Below are positions 8,386-17,949 of a stretch of 64,000 bases of DNA, one piece after another. Position numbers and translations under genes: made by a program. Numbering within the stretch: position 1 is the first letter of the stretch; each line of letters starts with the position of its first letter. This DNA comes from Gammaproteobacteria bacterium (lineage in GTDB: Bacteria; Pseudomonadota; Gammaproteobacteria; Magnimaribacterales; AG-339-G14): the NCBI GenBank assembly GCA_045564455.1, contig JBJLHG010000002.1, positions 231,877 to 295,876 of the forward strand. The letters are read 5' to 3'. The notes below the pieces were generated by a model. It was not told where the DNA came from. It worked only from the letters and a program-made list of their open reading frames with translations, and did not search any database.

Positions 8386-8778
8386 ATGTTCAGCCACATA
8401 ATGATAGGAGCTAATGACATAGAAAAATCTAAGATGTTCTACGACAAGATTCTGGGAGTTTTGGGATGTAAGCCAGGAAGGTTTTTCCCAAACCTCTCAG
8501 GTCAAACAAGATATTTTTATTTTCATGAAAATATGACTTTTTGTATATCTGAGCCAATTAATAATGAATTAGCTACTCACGGAAACGGAACCACCATAGG
8601 CTTTAGTGTGAAAGATCCAGAAACAGGAAACGCTTGGCATGCTGAGGGAATAAAAAATGGCGGTGTTACTTGTGAAGATCCTCCAGGTATTAGAGAAGGA
8701 AATGGTTACAAAATGTATTTAGCATATCTCAGAGATCCTTCTGGGAACAAACTATGCGGATTTTTAAATATAGACTAA
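8386..8778 (+). CDS. VOC family (glyoxalase/bleomycin-resistance fold) protein
   Basis: MFSHIMIGANDIEKSKMFYDKILGVLG is a typical VOC N-terminus; C-terminal YLRDPSGNKL. Confidence 0.8.
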   Translation: MFSHIMIGANDIEKSKMFYDKILGVLGCKPGRFFPNLSGQTRYFYFHENMTFCISEPINNELATHGNGTTIGFSVKDPETGNAWHAEGIKNGGVTCEDPPGIREGNGYKMYLAYLRDPSGNKLCGFLNID

Positions 8779-8791
8779 AAGATGAAAATTT

Positions 8792-9406
8792 ATGATTAGA
8801 AGCAATTGGATAGTTGCATTATTAATTTATTCGATTTTTTTCTTTTGGTATACAAACTTTTCAGGACCTCTATCTCAAGAAGAAATAAATTTGGCAATAC
8901 AAAGAATTGAAGAAGATGATTTAGCTTCCAAAGAAGATAAAGAAAATATTCTTAAATTTATGCAAGAGGACGATGGTGGTGATTTTTACATGGTTAACTA
9001 CCTAGATTTTAACGAAAATCCTCCCACTTTAAAACATACTGGAAAAGGGGCTTCTGCAGAAGATCTTATGAACTATTATATGGAATATATGTATCCAGAG
9101 ATGTTTTCTAGGGCTTCACATCCGGTCTTTTTTGGCGCTATTTCAGCAAATGCTCTAGATCATATTGGCGCTGAAGAAACAAAGAAATGGGACCAAGTGG
9201 GAATTGTAAGATATAGAAGTATAAGAGACATGTTAGAAATTAGTGGTAATGAAGTTTTTAATGAAAGACACGAGTATAAGGTAGGGGCTTTAACAAAAAC
9301 AATAGCTGTACCTGTACCTTCCCCTCTATTTTTTGATCTAAGAATTATTATTCTTATGTTAATTTTAATATTAACGCTTAGCCTTGATTTATATAGGAAA
9401 AAATAG
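8792..9406 (+). CDS. Hypothetical protein with N- and C-terminal TM anchors
   Basis: A 204-aa ORF in the same operon-like + strand run. No family recognised with confidence. Confidence 0.5.
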   Translation: MIRSNWIVALLIYSIFFFWYTNFSGPLSQEEINLAIQRIEEDDLASKEDKENILKFMQEDDGGDFYMVNYLDFNENPPTLKHTGKGASAEDLMNYYMEYMYPEMFSRASHPVFFGAISANALDHIGAEETKKWDQVGIVRYRSIRDMLEISGNEVFNERHEYKVGALTKTIAVPVPSPLFFDLRIIILMLILILTLSLDLYRKK

Positions 9407-9500
9407 ACAAAATGTCATTTATTGTACCTTTTTTTAAATTAACAATTAGCTTATAAATTAGTTAAAGTTACAATCTTGTAAATAATTTTTGGGAGAAAAT

Positions 9501-10637
9501 ATGACGGCTACGATATCAAAAGAAATAAGAACAGAAATAAATGAAGAAGGAAAACTCTACCTTTCTATTTCAACATCTGATGTGCCTGTTCCAGGTGACG
9601 ATGAAGTTCTAATAAAAGTTGAAGCTTCTCCCATCAATCCCTCAGATTTAGGATTATTGATTAGTTTTGCAGCAGATTTATCAAATATTAACACCACAGG
9701 GTCAGGTGATGAGACTGTAACCTCTTTTGGTATTCACCCTGCTTTAATGCAATCACTAAAGCCAAGAGTAGGTCTTTCAATGAAAGCAGGCAACGAAGGT
9801 GGTGGAGTAGTTATAGACGCTGGAAAGAATGTCAAAGATTTAATCGGTAAAACAGTTGGAGTAGCAGGGGGAGAAATGTATTCTCAATACCGTTGTTTGC
9901 CTGCAATGAGTTGCTTAGTTATGAATGAAGGCACTTCCCCGGTAGAAGCGGCCTCTTCTTTTGTAAATCCTTTGACTGCTTTGGGTTTTACAGAAACCAT
10001 GAGATTAGAAAATCATAAAGCCATAGTTCATACAGCAGCAGCGTCTAATTTAGGGCAAATGTTAGTTAAAATTTGTAAAGCCGATTCAATTCCATTAATC
10101 AACATAGTTAGAAAACAAGAGCATGTAGACCTTTTAAAAGGCATTGGTGCTGAGTATGTTCTTAACACGTCTGATGCTGATTTCATGGGTAACTTGATTG
10201 ATGCATTAGTTGAAACTGGAGCAACTTTGGGTTTTGACGCAACCGGTGGAGGAAACGAAGGAAAACTGCCTGGGCAAATATTAGCAGCTATGGAAATTGC
10301 AGCTAATAAAAATGCTAAGGAATACAGTCGATACGGTTCAGATACATACAAACAAGTATATATTTATGGAGGATTAGACCCTTCGCCAACAGTACTTAAT
10401 AGATCTTTTGGCTTATCTTGGGGGTTGGGAGGATGGTTACTAACACCATTTATAGGCAGAGTAGGAATGGAAAAATTTCAAGAAATGCGTGACAGAGTAG
10501 CAAAAGAAATTACAACAACTTTTGCAAGTAACTATACTCAAGAGATTTCTTTAGAAGAAATGCTTGATCCAGAGATAATAAAAACTTATGCAAAACAAGC
10601 TACTGGTACTAAGTTTTTAGTTACGCCGCATAAATGA
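9501..10637 (+). CDS. MDR-superfamily NAD(P)H-dependent oxidoreductase (quinone oxidoreductase/alcohol dehydrogenase-like)
   Basis: GroES-like N-domain (VLIKVEASPINPSD) and a Rossmann region. ATG 9501 is preceded by GGGAGAAAAT, so I prefer it to TTG 9489. Confidence 0.75.
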   Translation: MTATISKEIRTEINEEGKLYLSISTSDVPVPGDDEVLIKVEASPINPSDLGLLISFAADLSNINTTGSGDETVTSFGIHPALMQSLKPRVGLSMKAGNEGGGVVIDAGKNVKDLIGKTVGVAGGEMYSQYRCLPAMSCLVMNEGTSPVEAASSFVNPLTALGFTETMRLENHKAIVHTAAASNLGQMLVKICKADSIPLINIVRKQEHVDLLKGIGAEYVLNTSDADFMGNLIDALVETGATLGFDATGGGNEGKLPGQILAAMEIAANKNAKEYSRYGSDTYKQVYIYGGLDPSPTVLNRSFGLSWGLGGWLLTPFIGRVGMEKFQEMRDRVAKEITTTFASNYTQEISLEEMLDPEIIKTYAKQATGTKFLVTPHK

Positions 10638-10876
10638 TTCAAAGACTATTTGGCGCAGCGCTAATTTTTTTATCAGCTGCTTATATACCTATTATTGGCG
10701 CAATAGCTGTAAACTCATCTTTTACGGTTGCTCAAAAAGGCTTGTATAGTGCAATAGTATATGGAGCAAGTTGGATAATATTATTTTTAGGAATATATAT
10801 GGCTGGACCTGAATTAGTTAAAAAACTTAAAGATTTTTATGAAAAAATTAAAATTAAAATCTTCAAACAGAAATAG
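10634..10876 (+). CDS. Small membrane protein, translationally coupled to the upstream oxidoreductase
   Basis: 80 aa, 2-3 TM segments, ATGA overlap with the preceding stop. Confidence 0.45.
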   Translation: MIQRLFGAALIFLSAAYIPIIGAIAVNSSFTVAQKGLYSAIVYGASWIILFLGIYMAGPELVKKLKDFYEKIKIKIFKQK

Positions 10877-10928
10877 TATTTTTAATTTTATAGTTCTAAG
10901 AGAATTAGATTATTCAAATCATATTTAA

Positions 10929-11585
10929 ATGAAAAAACAAAAAATAACCTCTTTCATTCACAGAGAAGGATGGAGATTTTCTTTTGTTGCATTATTAATT
11001 TCAATATCCTTAAGCTTCATTTGGCTTCCGCTAGCAATTTTTGGATACTTAGTAACTTTCTTTATTATTTGGTTTTTCAGAGATCCAGAAAGATCTACGC
11101 CTGATACTCCCAATGCGATAATTAGTTCTGCAGACGGAGAAATTTGTTTAATTGATGAAGCATTTCCACCTAAAGAGCTTGGGCTAGAAGATATTTCAAT
11201 GAAAAGAGTATGTATTTTTATGAATGTTTTTAATGTTCACGTAAATAGAAGTCCGATAGAAGGAAGTGTGGAAAAAATCTCTTATAAAGAAGGAAGTTTT
11301 TTCAATGCCAGCTTAGACAAAGCAAGTGAAAAAAATGAAAGAAATTCATTGATTATAAAAACACAAAATGGAGCCCAAATCATAGTTGTTCAAATTGCAG
11401 GATTAATAGCCAGAAGAATTTTGAGCTTCATTAAAACGGGAAAATATTTATCTGCCGGAGAAAGATTTGGTTTGATAAGATTTGGCTCAAGAGTAGATAT
11501 ATATATGCCAAAAAATACAAAAATAGATATAGGCCTTGGCGATAAAGTTGTTGCTGGCGAGACAATAATTGCTCATCTGAAATAA
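10929..11585 (+). CDS. psd: Phosphatidylserine decarboxylase proenzyme (short, Asd-type)
   Basis: N-terminal TM segments, NVHVNRSP, and the self-cleavage region RFGSRVD. Confidence 0.85.
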   Translation: MKKQKITSFIHREGWRFSFVALLISISLSFIWLPLAIFGYLVTFFIIWFFRDPERSTPDTPNAIISSADGEICLIDEAFPPKELGLEDISMKRVCIFMNVFNVHVNRSPIEGSVEKISYKEGSFFNASLDKASEKNERNSLIIKTQNGAQIIVVQIAGLIARRILSFIKTGKYLSAGERFGLIRFGSRVDIYMPKNTKIDIGLGDKVVAGETIIAHLK

Positions 11586-11592
11586 TTTCTGA

Positions 11593-12315
11593 ATGAAAAA
11601 GATAGATTTTAGATCTCTAATACCTAATTTAATTACATTAGCAGGGCTTTCTTTTGGTCTCAGTTCTATAAGATTTGCACTAGAATTACAGTTTGAAACA
11701 GCGGTAGTTTTCATTATTTTTGCAGCAATATGTGATGTGCTGGATGGTTTAGTGGCAAGAGTTTTAAACAGTCAATCTGAATTAGGAGCTGAATTAGATT
11801 CTTTAGCAGATTTTGTAAATTTTGGAGTTGCCCCAGGACTAATTTTATATATGAGCATCATGCATGAAAGAGATTTTGTAGGCTCTATTGCAGTGCTTAT
11901 CTATATTTTATTTTCTTGTATCAGACTAGCTATATTTAACTTGGATTCAGAAGATCAAAGCTCTGAGCAATCAGGGTTCTTTATGGGTATACCTACGCCA
12001 GTTGGAGCTGTTTTGATTCTGTTACCGGTCACACACATATTTATTGGATTTGATTGGGCCTCAGAAAATATAAATCTTGTTGCAATTTATACAGTTCTAA
12101 TAGGAGCTTTACTAATAAGCAGGGTTCCAACCTACTCTTCAAAAAGAGAAAAGTTAAAATTAAAAAAAAATAATTATGTTATTTTTTTAATACTTTTTAC
12201 TCTAGTCATTCTTGGTCTGATAAATTTCTTATGGATCTCATTGACTCTTCTGTCGGCTTTATACATTTTAAGTATTCCTTTTTCTCTGAGAGCTTGGAAA
12301 AATCAAAAGTCCTAA
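11593..12315 (+). CDS. pssA: CDP-diacylglycerol--serine O-phosphatidyltransferase (CDP-alcohol phosphatidyltransferase type)
   Basis: Has the motif D..DG..AR........G...D...D (DVLDGLVARVLNSQSELGAELDSLAD) and sits adjacent to psd. Confidence 0.85.
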   Translation: MKKIDFRSLIPNLITLAGLSFGLSSIRFALELQFETAVVFIIFAAICDVLDGLVARVLNSQSELGAELDSLADFVNFGVAPGLILYMSIMHERDFVGSIAVLIYILFSCIRLAIFNLDSEDQSSEQSGFFMGIPTPVGAVLILLPVTHIFIGFDWASENINLVAIYTVLIGALLISRVPTYSSKREKLKLKKNNYVIFLILFTLVILGLINFLWISLTLLSALYILSIPFSLRAWKNQKS

Positions 12316-12384
12316 AATTTTTATTTTCCTAAAGGGCTATGATGAATCTATTAAGTTAGAATATTAAAAAACGAGGGGGTTTTT

Positions 12385-12864
12385 ATGCCAGAAATTACAA
12401 TATTGGGTTGGTTTCATACCATTCTTGGAGTCTTAGCTTTGCTTTTTGGCTTCTACTCTTTAGGAAAATATAAGTTCATAAAATATGAAAACTTTTCGGG
12501 TAAATTTTATTTGCTGATTACTTTGATTGTTGCGGGAACTTCATTGCTTATATACAACCAAGGAGGATTTGGCCCAGCACATGCGATGGGAGTTCTAGCA
12601 ATAGGCGCGGTTCTTGTTGGGATTTTTGCTGAAAAAACAGAAGTTTTCAGAAGTTTCTCTAAATATATTGAAACTTTGAGTTACTCCTCAACTTTTTTAT
12701 TCCATTTGGTGCCGGCAACATTTGATGGTCTAAGAAGATTACCAACAGATAATCCAATAGTGAAAGAATTAGATGATCCTATTTTATTAAATTCTATTCT
12801 GGCGGTATTTTTAATATATTTATTATTATTAGCTTCTCAATTTTATATTCTCTATAAAAAATAA
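12385..12864 (+). CDS. Hypothetical polytopic membrane protein
   Basis: 159 aa with 4-5 TM segments and the SD sequence GAGGGGG upstream. Confidence 0.5.
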   Translation: MPEITILGWFHTILGVLALLFGFYSLGKYKFIKYENFSGKFYLLITLIVAGTSLLIYNQGGFGPAHAMGVLAIGAVLVGIFAEKTEVFRSFSKYIETLSYSSTFLFHLVPATFDGLRRLPTDNPIVKELDDPILLNSILAVFLIYLLLLASQFYILYKK

Positions 12865-12868
12865 AAAA

Positions 12869-14077
12869 ATGAAGTCCGCTATAGTATTAATTTTAATAAT
12901 CATTATTGTAATCTTAGCTATACTATTTGGACCTAATGTTTGGAGAATCTATAAAGTGACTAATTTATTTAATGAAGAATCTATCTCATATAATTTTATA
13001 AATATGGATGAATTTTTTCCCATATCAACTCCAATAAAAGCTTCAGAAAATCCTCATATATTTGAAAAAAAAGAAAACTTCCAACTTCCTGAAACATATT
13101 TTTACGAAGGAGAAGAAAAAAGCTTGATGAATGCCATTGATTATTTTCAAACAGATGGAATGGTCATTTTGCATAAAGGAGATTTGATTTATGAGAATTA
13201 CTGGAATGATAATAAAGAAGATACTAGACACATTATATGGTCAGTATCAAAATCATTTTTATCAGCTTTGATAGGAATAGCAGTAGAAGAAGGGTTAATT
13301 GAAAGTATTGAAGATCCAATTACTAAGTACCTCAAAGACTTTATTGGAACAGGATATGAGGGAGTCTCAATTAAAAACCTTCTTCAAATGTCTTCTGGAA
13401 TTGGTTTTAATGAGGACTATGGAGATCCTGATTCTGATATAAATCGTTATGGAAGAGTAACTGCTACCGGCACATCTCAAAGAGAATTTGCTAAAACCTT
13501 AAAAAACGCTAGAACGCCTGGAACCTATAATCATTATGTGAGTTTAGACTCTCAAATGCTGGGAATGTTAGTTGCTGAAGTTTCAGGAGTTTCTATTAAG
13601 GAGTATCTCCACGATAAAATTTGGAATCAGATTGGCATGCAAGATGACGCTTTTTATTTAACAGATCATCAGGATATAGAAATGTCTCTGGGAGGTCTCA
13701 ATGCAACTGTAAGGGACCTTGCTAAATTTGGGCAACTATACTTAAACAAGGGAAGCTGGAAAGGCAAACAAATTGTTCCTGAACAATGGGTAGCTGACTC
13801 AACGATTCCAGATGGAAAACATGTGCAACCTTTTGCAGGCGAAGATTTATCATCGAGTAATTGGGGGTATGGCTATCAATGGTGGGTGCCTGGACCAGTA
13901 GTAACAGATTACACAGCTCATGGTGTTTACAATCAATTTGTTTACGTAGATCCAAAAACAGAAATTGTAATAGCAAAAACTTCCTCTAACTTTAGATTTG
14001 TAGAAGAAAAAGAATTTACTAAAGATGCACACATAGCTATCTTTAGAGCAATATCTGAATTGATTTCAGAAAATTAA
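12869..14077 (+). CDS. Membrane-anchored serine hydrolase (beta-lactamase/transpeptidase-like family)
   Basis: N-terminal TM segment, SxxK active-site motif SVSKSF, and beta-lactamase-family length. Confidence 0.75.
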   Translation: MKSAIVLILIIIIVILAILFGPNVWRIYKVTNLFNEESISYNFINMDEFFPISTPIKASENPHIFEKKENFQLPETYFYEGEEKSLMNAIDYFQTDGMVILHKGDLIYENYWNDNKEDTRHIIWSVSKSFLSALIGIAVEEGLIESIEDPITKYLKDFIGTGYEGVSIKNLLQMSSGIGFNEDYGDPDSDINRYGRVTATGTSQREFAKTLKNARTPGTYNHYVSLDSQMLGMLVAEVSGVSIKEYLHDKIWNQIGMQDDAFYLTDHQDIEMSLGGLNATVRDLAKFGQLYLNKGSWKGKQIVPEQWVADSTIPDGKHVQPFAGEDLSSSNWGYGYQWWVPGPVVTDYTAHGVYNQFVYVDPKTEIVIAKTSSNFRFVEEKEFTKDAHIAIFRAISELISEN

Positions 14078-14110
14078 ATAACTTTTATAATCTTCAAAAT
14101 ATTTACTATC

Positions 14111-14704
14111 GTGAAAGAAGGAAAAATTTTAGTTCCCAAAATACATTTGGCAAATAGGCCCAAAATAATTCAGTGGATTGGAAGAACCATACAGAAATTT
14201 TCTGGCTGGAAAGTTCATGGAGAAATACCAAATTTAGAAAAATTTGTTTTAGTAGGAGGCCCTCATACTTCTAATTGGGATTTTGTTCATGCCTTGGCTC
14301 TTATTTGGGCAATAGATTTAAAATTATATGTATTGGCTAAACATACTCTTTTCTCAATTCCTATTTTAAAAAATATTATGAGAGGCATTGGAGGAATTCC
14401 AGTAGACAGAAAAAATCCCCAGTTAGTAGTTGACCAAGTGTCTAAATTATTAGATGAGAGAGGAGGTGTCATCATTGGCCTTACCCCAGAGGGAACAAGA
14501 TCAAAAGTAGAAAAATGGAAATCCGGCTTCTTAAGAATATCAAAACAAATGGATTGTAAAATAGCGTTAGTGGGAATAGATTTTGATAAGAAAGTTTGTA
14601 CTTTTAGTGGATTTTTTGAACCTTCAGGAGATAATGAAAAAGATGTTAAAGATTTAAAGTCTTTTTACAAAGATTTTAAACCAAAAATACCAGAAAATTT
14701 TTAA
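14111..14704 (+). CDS. Lysophospholipid (1-acyl-sn-glycerol-3-phosphate) acyltransferase family protein
   Basis: GTG start, HX4D motif (HTSNWD), and PEGTRS motif (LTPEGTRSK). Confidence 0.75.
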   Translation: MKEGKILVPKIHLANRPKIIQWIGRTIQKFSGWKVHGEIPNLEKFVLVGGPHTSNWDFVHALALIWAIDLKLYVLAKHTLFSIPILKNIMRGIGGIPVDRKNPQLVVDQVSKLLDERGGVIIGLTPEGTRSKVEKWKSGFLRISKQMDCKIALVGIDFDKKVCTFSGFFEPSGDNEKDVKDLKSFYKDFKPKIPENF

Positions 14705-14718
14705 AAGAGGAGATTCAG

Positions 14719-15135
14719 ATGTTAGAAATTTATCAATCAGTTTTTATTGGTTTTTGGGTAATATTATCCACGATAATTATTCAGGCTTTAATCCTAGTCG
14801 GAGCACACAGAGCACAACCTGGTTATCAAGTTGGTGTGATAGATCCCAACTTAGGACAAGAATCCTTTTTTTTCAGAAGTCATCGTGCTTTTTGGAATTC
14901 CCTAGAGAATATAGTTCCTCTCTTTGGCTTGGGGATAATAGCTATACTATCCGGGTACAATGCTGAAAAATTAAATTTCATTATATGGGTTTATGCAATT
15001 TCCAGAATAATTCATATGATTTTATATTATTCAATTGCGACAGATAAAAATCCCAGTTTGAGAAGTTTATTTTGGATCTCAGGACTTTTTGCAAATATAT
15101 ATTTAATGGTTGATCTGGGTCTTTTCTTAATTTGA
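14719..15135 (+). CDS. MAPEG family membrane protein
   Basis: 138 aa, 4 TM segments, R..RAH.N..EN pattern (FRSHRAFWNSLENI). Confidence 0.65.
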   Translation: MLEIYQSVFIGFWVILSTIIIQALILVGAHRAQPGYQVGVIDPNLGQESFFFRSHRAFWNSLENIVPLFGLGIIAILSGYNAEKLNFIIWVYAISRIIHMILYYSIATDKNPSLRSLFWISGLFANIYLMVDLGLFLI

Positions 15136-15167
15136 TGGATAAATAAAAAAAAATTATATAATCCCAT

Positions 15168-16022
15168 ATGGAAAATAATTCAGGGAATATATCTTTCATC
15201 GTTCCATGTTATGAAAGTTCAAATGCTTTAAAAACTCTTCTTTTATCTATTCCAAAAGAACATGAAGTTATTCTTGTGAATAACTCTCAAGAAAAAGAAA
15301 TTAAAAATGTTGCAAGTATTTATGATTGCAAAATAATTCAAAATGAAAAAAATCTGGGGTTTGGCTCTGCATGTAATATTGGAGCAAGACTAGCGAAAGG
15401 AGACTTTCTTTTTTTTCTAAACCCTGACTCTTCTCTTAGTCCAGATGCAATAAGCGAGCTATTAAAAGCGGTTGAAAGGTATCCTGAAGCAAGCGCTTTT
15501 AATCCTAAAATCTCTGATGCGTTAGGCAAACAAAACTTTAAGAGAAGGTCTGTTTTATTACCCAAAAAAGAATGGATGAGTAGAAAACGTCCAGAAGGAG
15601 ACAAAGAAGTTTCAATTTTAAGTGGATCAGCAATTTTTATAAAGAAAGAGGTTTTTTTAAAGATTTCCGGATTTGATGAAAATATATTTTTGTATCATGA
15701 AGATGATGATTTATCTATTAGATTAAAAGCAGAGGTGGGCCCTTTGATGTATATTCATAATGCTTTAGTGACTCACATAGGAGGTAGCTCAAGCTCGAGA
15801 AATTCAACAATAGCTGCACTTAAAGGCTATCATATGGGTAGATCAAGAGTTTATGCTCAAAAAAAACATAAAATAAAAGGGTCTACATTAAAAAATATTA
15901 TGTTTGCAAGTTTTCAATTATTATCTCCGGAAATTTTATTTTCTTCTAGAAAAAGAGCTAAATTCTATGCTTTCTTCAAAGGCGTCAATGAAGAAATTTT
16001 TTTTAAGGATAAAGTTAAGTAG
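15168..16022 (+). CDS. Family-2 glycosyltransferase, WbbL-like rhamnosyltransferase
   Basis: FIVPCYES N-terminus and FLNPD. SGSAIFIKKEVFLKISGFDENIFLYHEDDDLSIRL resembles the E. coli WbbL core. It lies directly upstream of rfbBDAC. Confidence 0.8.
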   Translation: MENNSGNISFIVPCYESSNALKTLLLSIPKEHEVILVNNSQEKEIKNVASIYDCKIIQNEKNLGFGSACNIGARLAKGDFLFFLNPDSSLSPDAISELLKAVERYPEASAFNPKISDALGKQNFKRRSVLLPKKEWMSRKRPEGDKEVSILSGSAIFIKKEVFLKISGFDENIFLYHEDDDLSIRLKAEVGPLMYIHNALVTHIGGSSSSRNSTIAALKGYHMGRSRVYAQKKHKIKGSTLKNIMFASFQLLSPEILFSSRKRAKFYAFFKGVNEEIFFKDKVK

Positions 16023-16024
16023 AT

Positions 16025-17020
16025 ATGATATTTGTTACAGGTGGAGCAGGTTTTATAGGCTCAAATTTCATTTTAAAATGGCTAAATTATTCAGAAGAAA
16101 GTATTTTAAATATAGATAATCTATCTTATGCAGCTAACCTAAAAAATCTATCTGCAGTAGAAAAAGATATTAGATACAAATTCGAAAAAGTAAATATCCA
16201 AAATCAACAAAAAATAGAAGATCTTTTTTTTGAAAATAAACCTAGAGCAATTATAAACTTTGCTGCTGAAAGCCACGTCGATAAGTCTATTGAGGGGCCA
16301 GAAGCTTTTATAAACGCAAATATCTTAGGAACTTTTTCTATGCTTAATGCAGCCCTAAACTATTACAAAGTAATATCTAAAGAAGAAAAAAGAAGTTTTA
16401 GGTTTATACATGTTTCAACAGATGAAGTTTTTGGCTCCTTAAAAAAAGAAGACCAAAGCTCAAATGAAAAAAGTGCTTATAAACCAAACAGTCCGTATTC
16501 TGCTTCTAAAGCGGCTAGTGATCATTTAGTCAGGGCTTGGTTTCATACCTATGGTTTGCCAACCATAACCTCAAATTGCACTAATAATTATGGACCAAGA
16601 CAATTTACTGAAAAATTAATTCCTTTGATAATATCTAATGCAGTTAAAGGAAAAAAATTGCCAATTTATGGAGACGGAAAAAATATAAGAGATTGGCTTT
16701 ATGTAGAAGATCATTGTTCAGCAATAATAAAAATTTTAGAAAAAGGCAAAGTAGGAGAGACTTATAATATTGGTGGAAACAGTGAAAAAAATAACAATGA
16801 AATTGTTTCAGAAATTTGCAAAATTTTAGATTCCATTTCGCCAAGAGAAGACAAGACTTCATACTTATCTCAAATTGAATATGTAGAAGATAGAGCGGGT
16901 CATGATTTTAGATATAGCTTAGATATTTCAAAAATAAACAAGGAACTTGGCTGGTTCCCAGAACAAACTTTTTCTGCTGGATTAGAAAAAACAATTAAAT
17001 GGTATCTGGATAATTTATAA
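16025..17020 (+). CDS. rfbB: dTDP-glucose 4,6-dehydratase
   Basis: GGAGFIGSNF, STDEVFG and YSASKAASDHLV catalytic YxxxK. Confidence 0.95.
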   Translation: MIFVTGGAGFIGSNFILKWLNYSEESILNIDNLSYAANLKNLSAVEKDIRYKFEKVNIQNQQKIEDLFFENKPRAIINFAAESHVDKSIEGPEAFINANILGTFSMLNAALNYYKVISKEEKRSFRFIHVSTDEVFGSLKKEDQSSNEKSAYKPNSPYSASKAASDHLVRAWFHTYGLPTITSNCTNNYGPRQFTEKLIPLIISNAVKGKKLPIYGDGKNIRDWLYVEDHCSAIIKILEKGKVGETYNIGGNSEKNNNEIVSEICKILDSISPREDKTSYLSQIEYVEDRAGHDFRYSLDISKINKELGWFPEQTFSAGLEKTIKWYLDNL

Positions 17021-17028
17021 ATCTTGTA

Positions 17029-17949
17029 ATGTTAGATAAAAATATTCTGGAAGATAACAAGAAAAAGATTTTAATTCTTGGATCAAATGGGCAAATCGGA
17101 AAGCATCTCTCAAAAGATTTAACCACGCTCGGCGAAGTAATTTCCTTAGACAGAGATGGATTTGATTTTGAAAATCCAAAATCTTTAGATTTAATCATTA
17201 AAACAATAAATCCAAAATTTATTATTAATGCAGCTGCATACACAAACGTCGATGGCGCAGAGGATTTTGAAAAGAATGCCTATCAAGTTAATGCTTTGAC
17301 AGTAAAAAAACTAGCAATTTTGGCCCATGAAAACGACGCCGTTTTAATACACTTTTCAACTGATTATGTATTTGATGGCTCAAAAGAAAAACCTTATTCA
17401 GAGAATGATACTGCAAAGCCTATCTCAGTTTATGGAAATTCTAAATTAGAAGGAGAAAAATTTATTGCTGAGGCATGTTCAAAGTACTTAATTTTGAGGA
17501 CCAGCGGTGTTATTTCAAAAAATGACGACAACTTCATTTCAAAAATAATTAATCTATCTAAAGACAGAGATGAGTTAAATATTGTTTCAGATCAAGAGAC
17601 TAGTTTAAATTTTTCGGGTTTTATTTCTTCGGCTGTTTATAAAATAATTACTTCACTTGAACAAAATTTAAATAAAGAAAATAGATGGGGAACCTATCAT
17701 CTTTCTGGTAGTGAATCAGGCACTTGGTTTGAATTTGCTAAGTTCACTCAAGAGATATCAAAAAAAATATATCTAAAATCTAGCTTTTCTATGATAGATA
17801 TAAATCCGATACCTTCATCAAAATTTACTCAAAGAGCTAAAAGACCAAAATATTCTTTTCTCTCTTCTGTTAAATTAAAAGATAACTTTGGAATAGAATT
17901 ACCTAATTGGAAAAAAAGCATTATTGAAATTATGGGAAATAATGAATAA
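17029..17949 (+). CDS. rfbD: dTDP-4-dehydrorhamnose reductase
   Basis: GSNGQIG Rossmann motif, STDYVFDG and YGNSKLEGE. Confidence 0.9.
   Translation: MLDKNILEDNKKKILILGSNGQIGKHLSKDLTTLGEVISLDRDGFDFENPKSLDLIIKTINPKFIINAAAYTNVDGAEDFEKNAYQVNALTVKKLAILAHENDAVLIHFSTDYVFDGSKEKPYSENDTAKPISVYGNSKLEGEKFIAEACSKYLILRTSGVISKNDDNFISKIINLSKDRDELNIVSDQETSLNFSGFISSAVYKIITSLEQNLNKENRWGTYHLSGSESGTWFEFAKFTQEISKKIYLKSSFSMIDINPIPSSKFTQRAKRPKYSFLSSVKLKDNFGIELPNWKKSIIEIMGNNE

Noticed and set aside
9407-9488. Short inverted and direct repeats upstream of the oxidoreductase: TTAAC...GTTAA, AATTAG twice, and ACAAtcTTGT. I considered them as a possible operator.
   Set aside because: The arms are only 4-6 bp in very AT-rich DNA, so this is expected by chance, and there is no adjacent regulator gene.
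10028-10351. A 107-aa ORF antisense to the MDR oxidoreductase. It stands for the many 60-107-aa antisense or overlapping ORFs in the track, for example 827-1009, 3331-3519, 4787-4993, 5350-5559, 13722-13976, 15338-15604, 20991-21299, 36070-36294, 52975-53220 and 59621-59902.
   Set aside because: Each lies wholly inside a longer ORF with clear family signatures on the other strand or in another frame. They have low-complexity, Ser/Leu/Phe/Ile-rich translations typical of shadow ORFs in AT-rich DNA, and no ribosome-binding sites or recognisable motifs.
14754-14966. A same-strand, alternative-frame 70-aa ORF inside the MAPEG gene. A similar 71-aa ORF at 15904-16119 spans the GT2/rfbB junction.
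   Set aside because: The overlapped frames encode recognisable proteins. The alternative frames give Ser/Arg-rich nonsense with no motifs.
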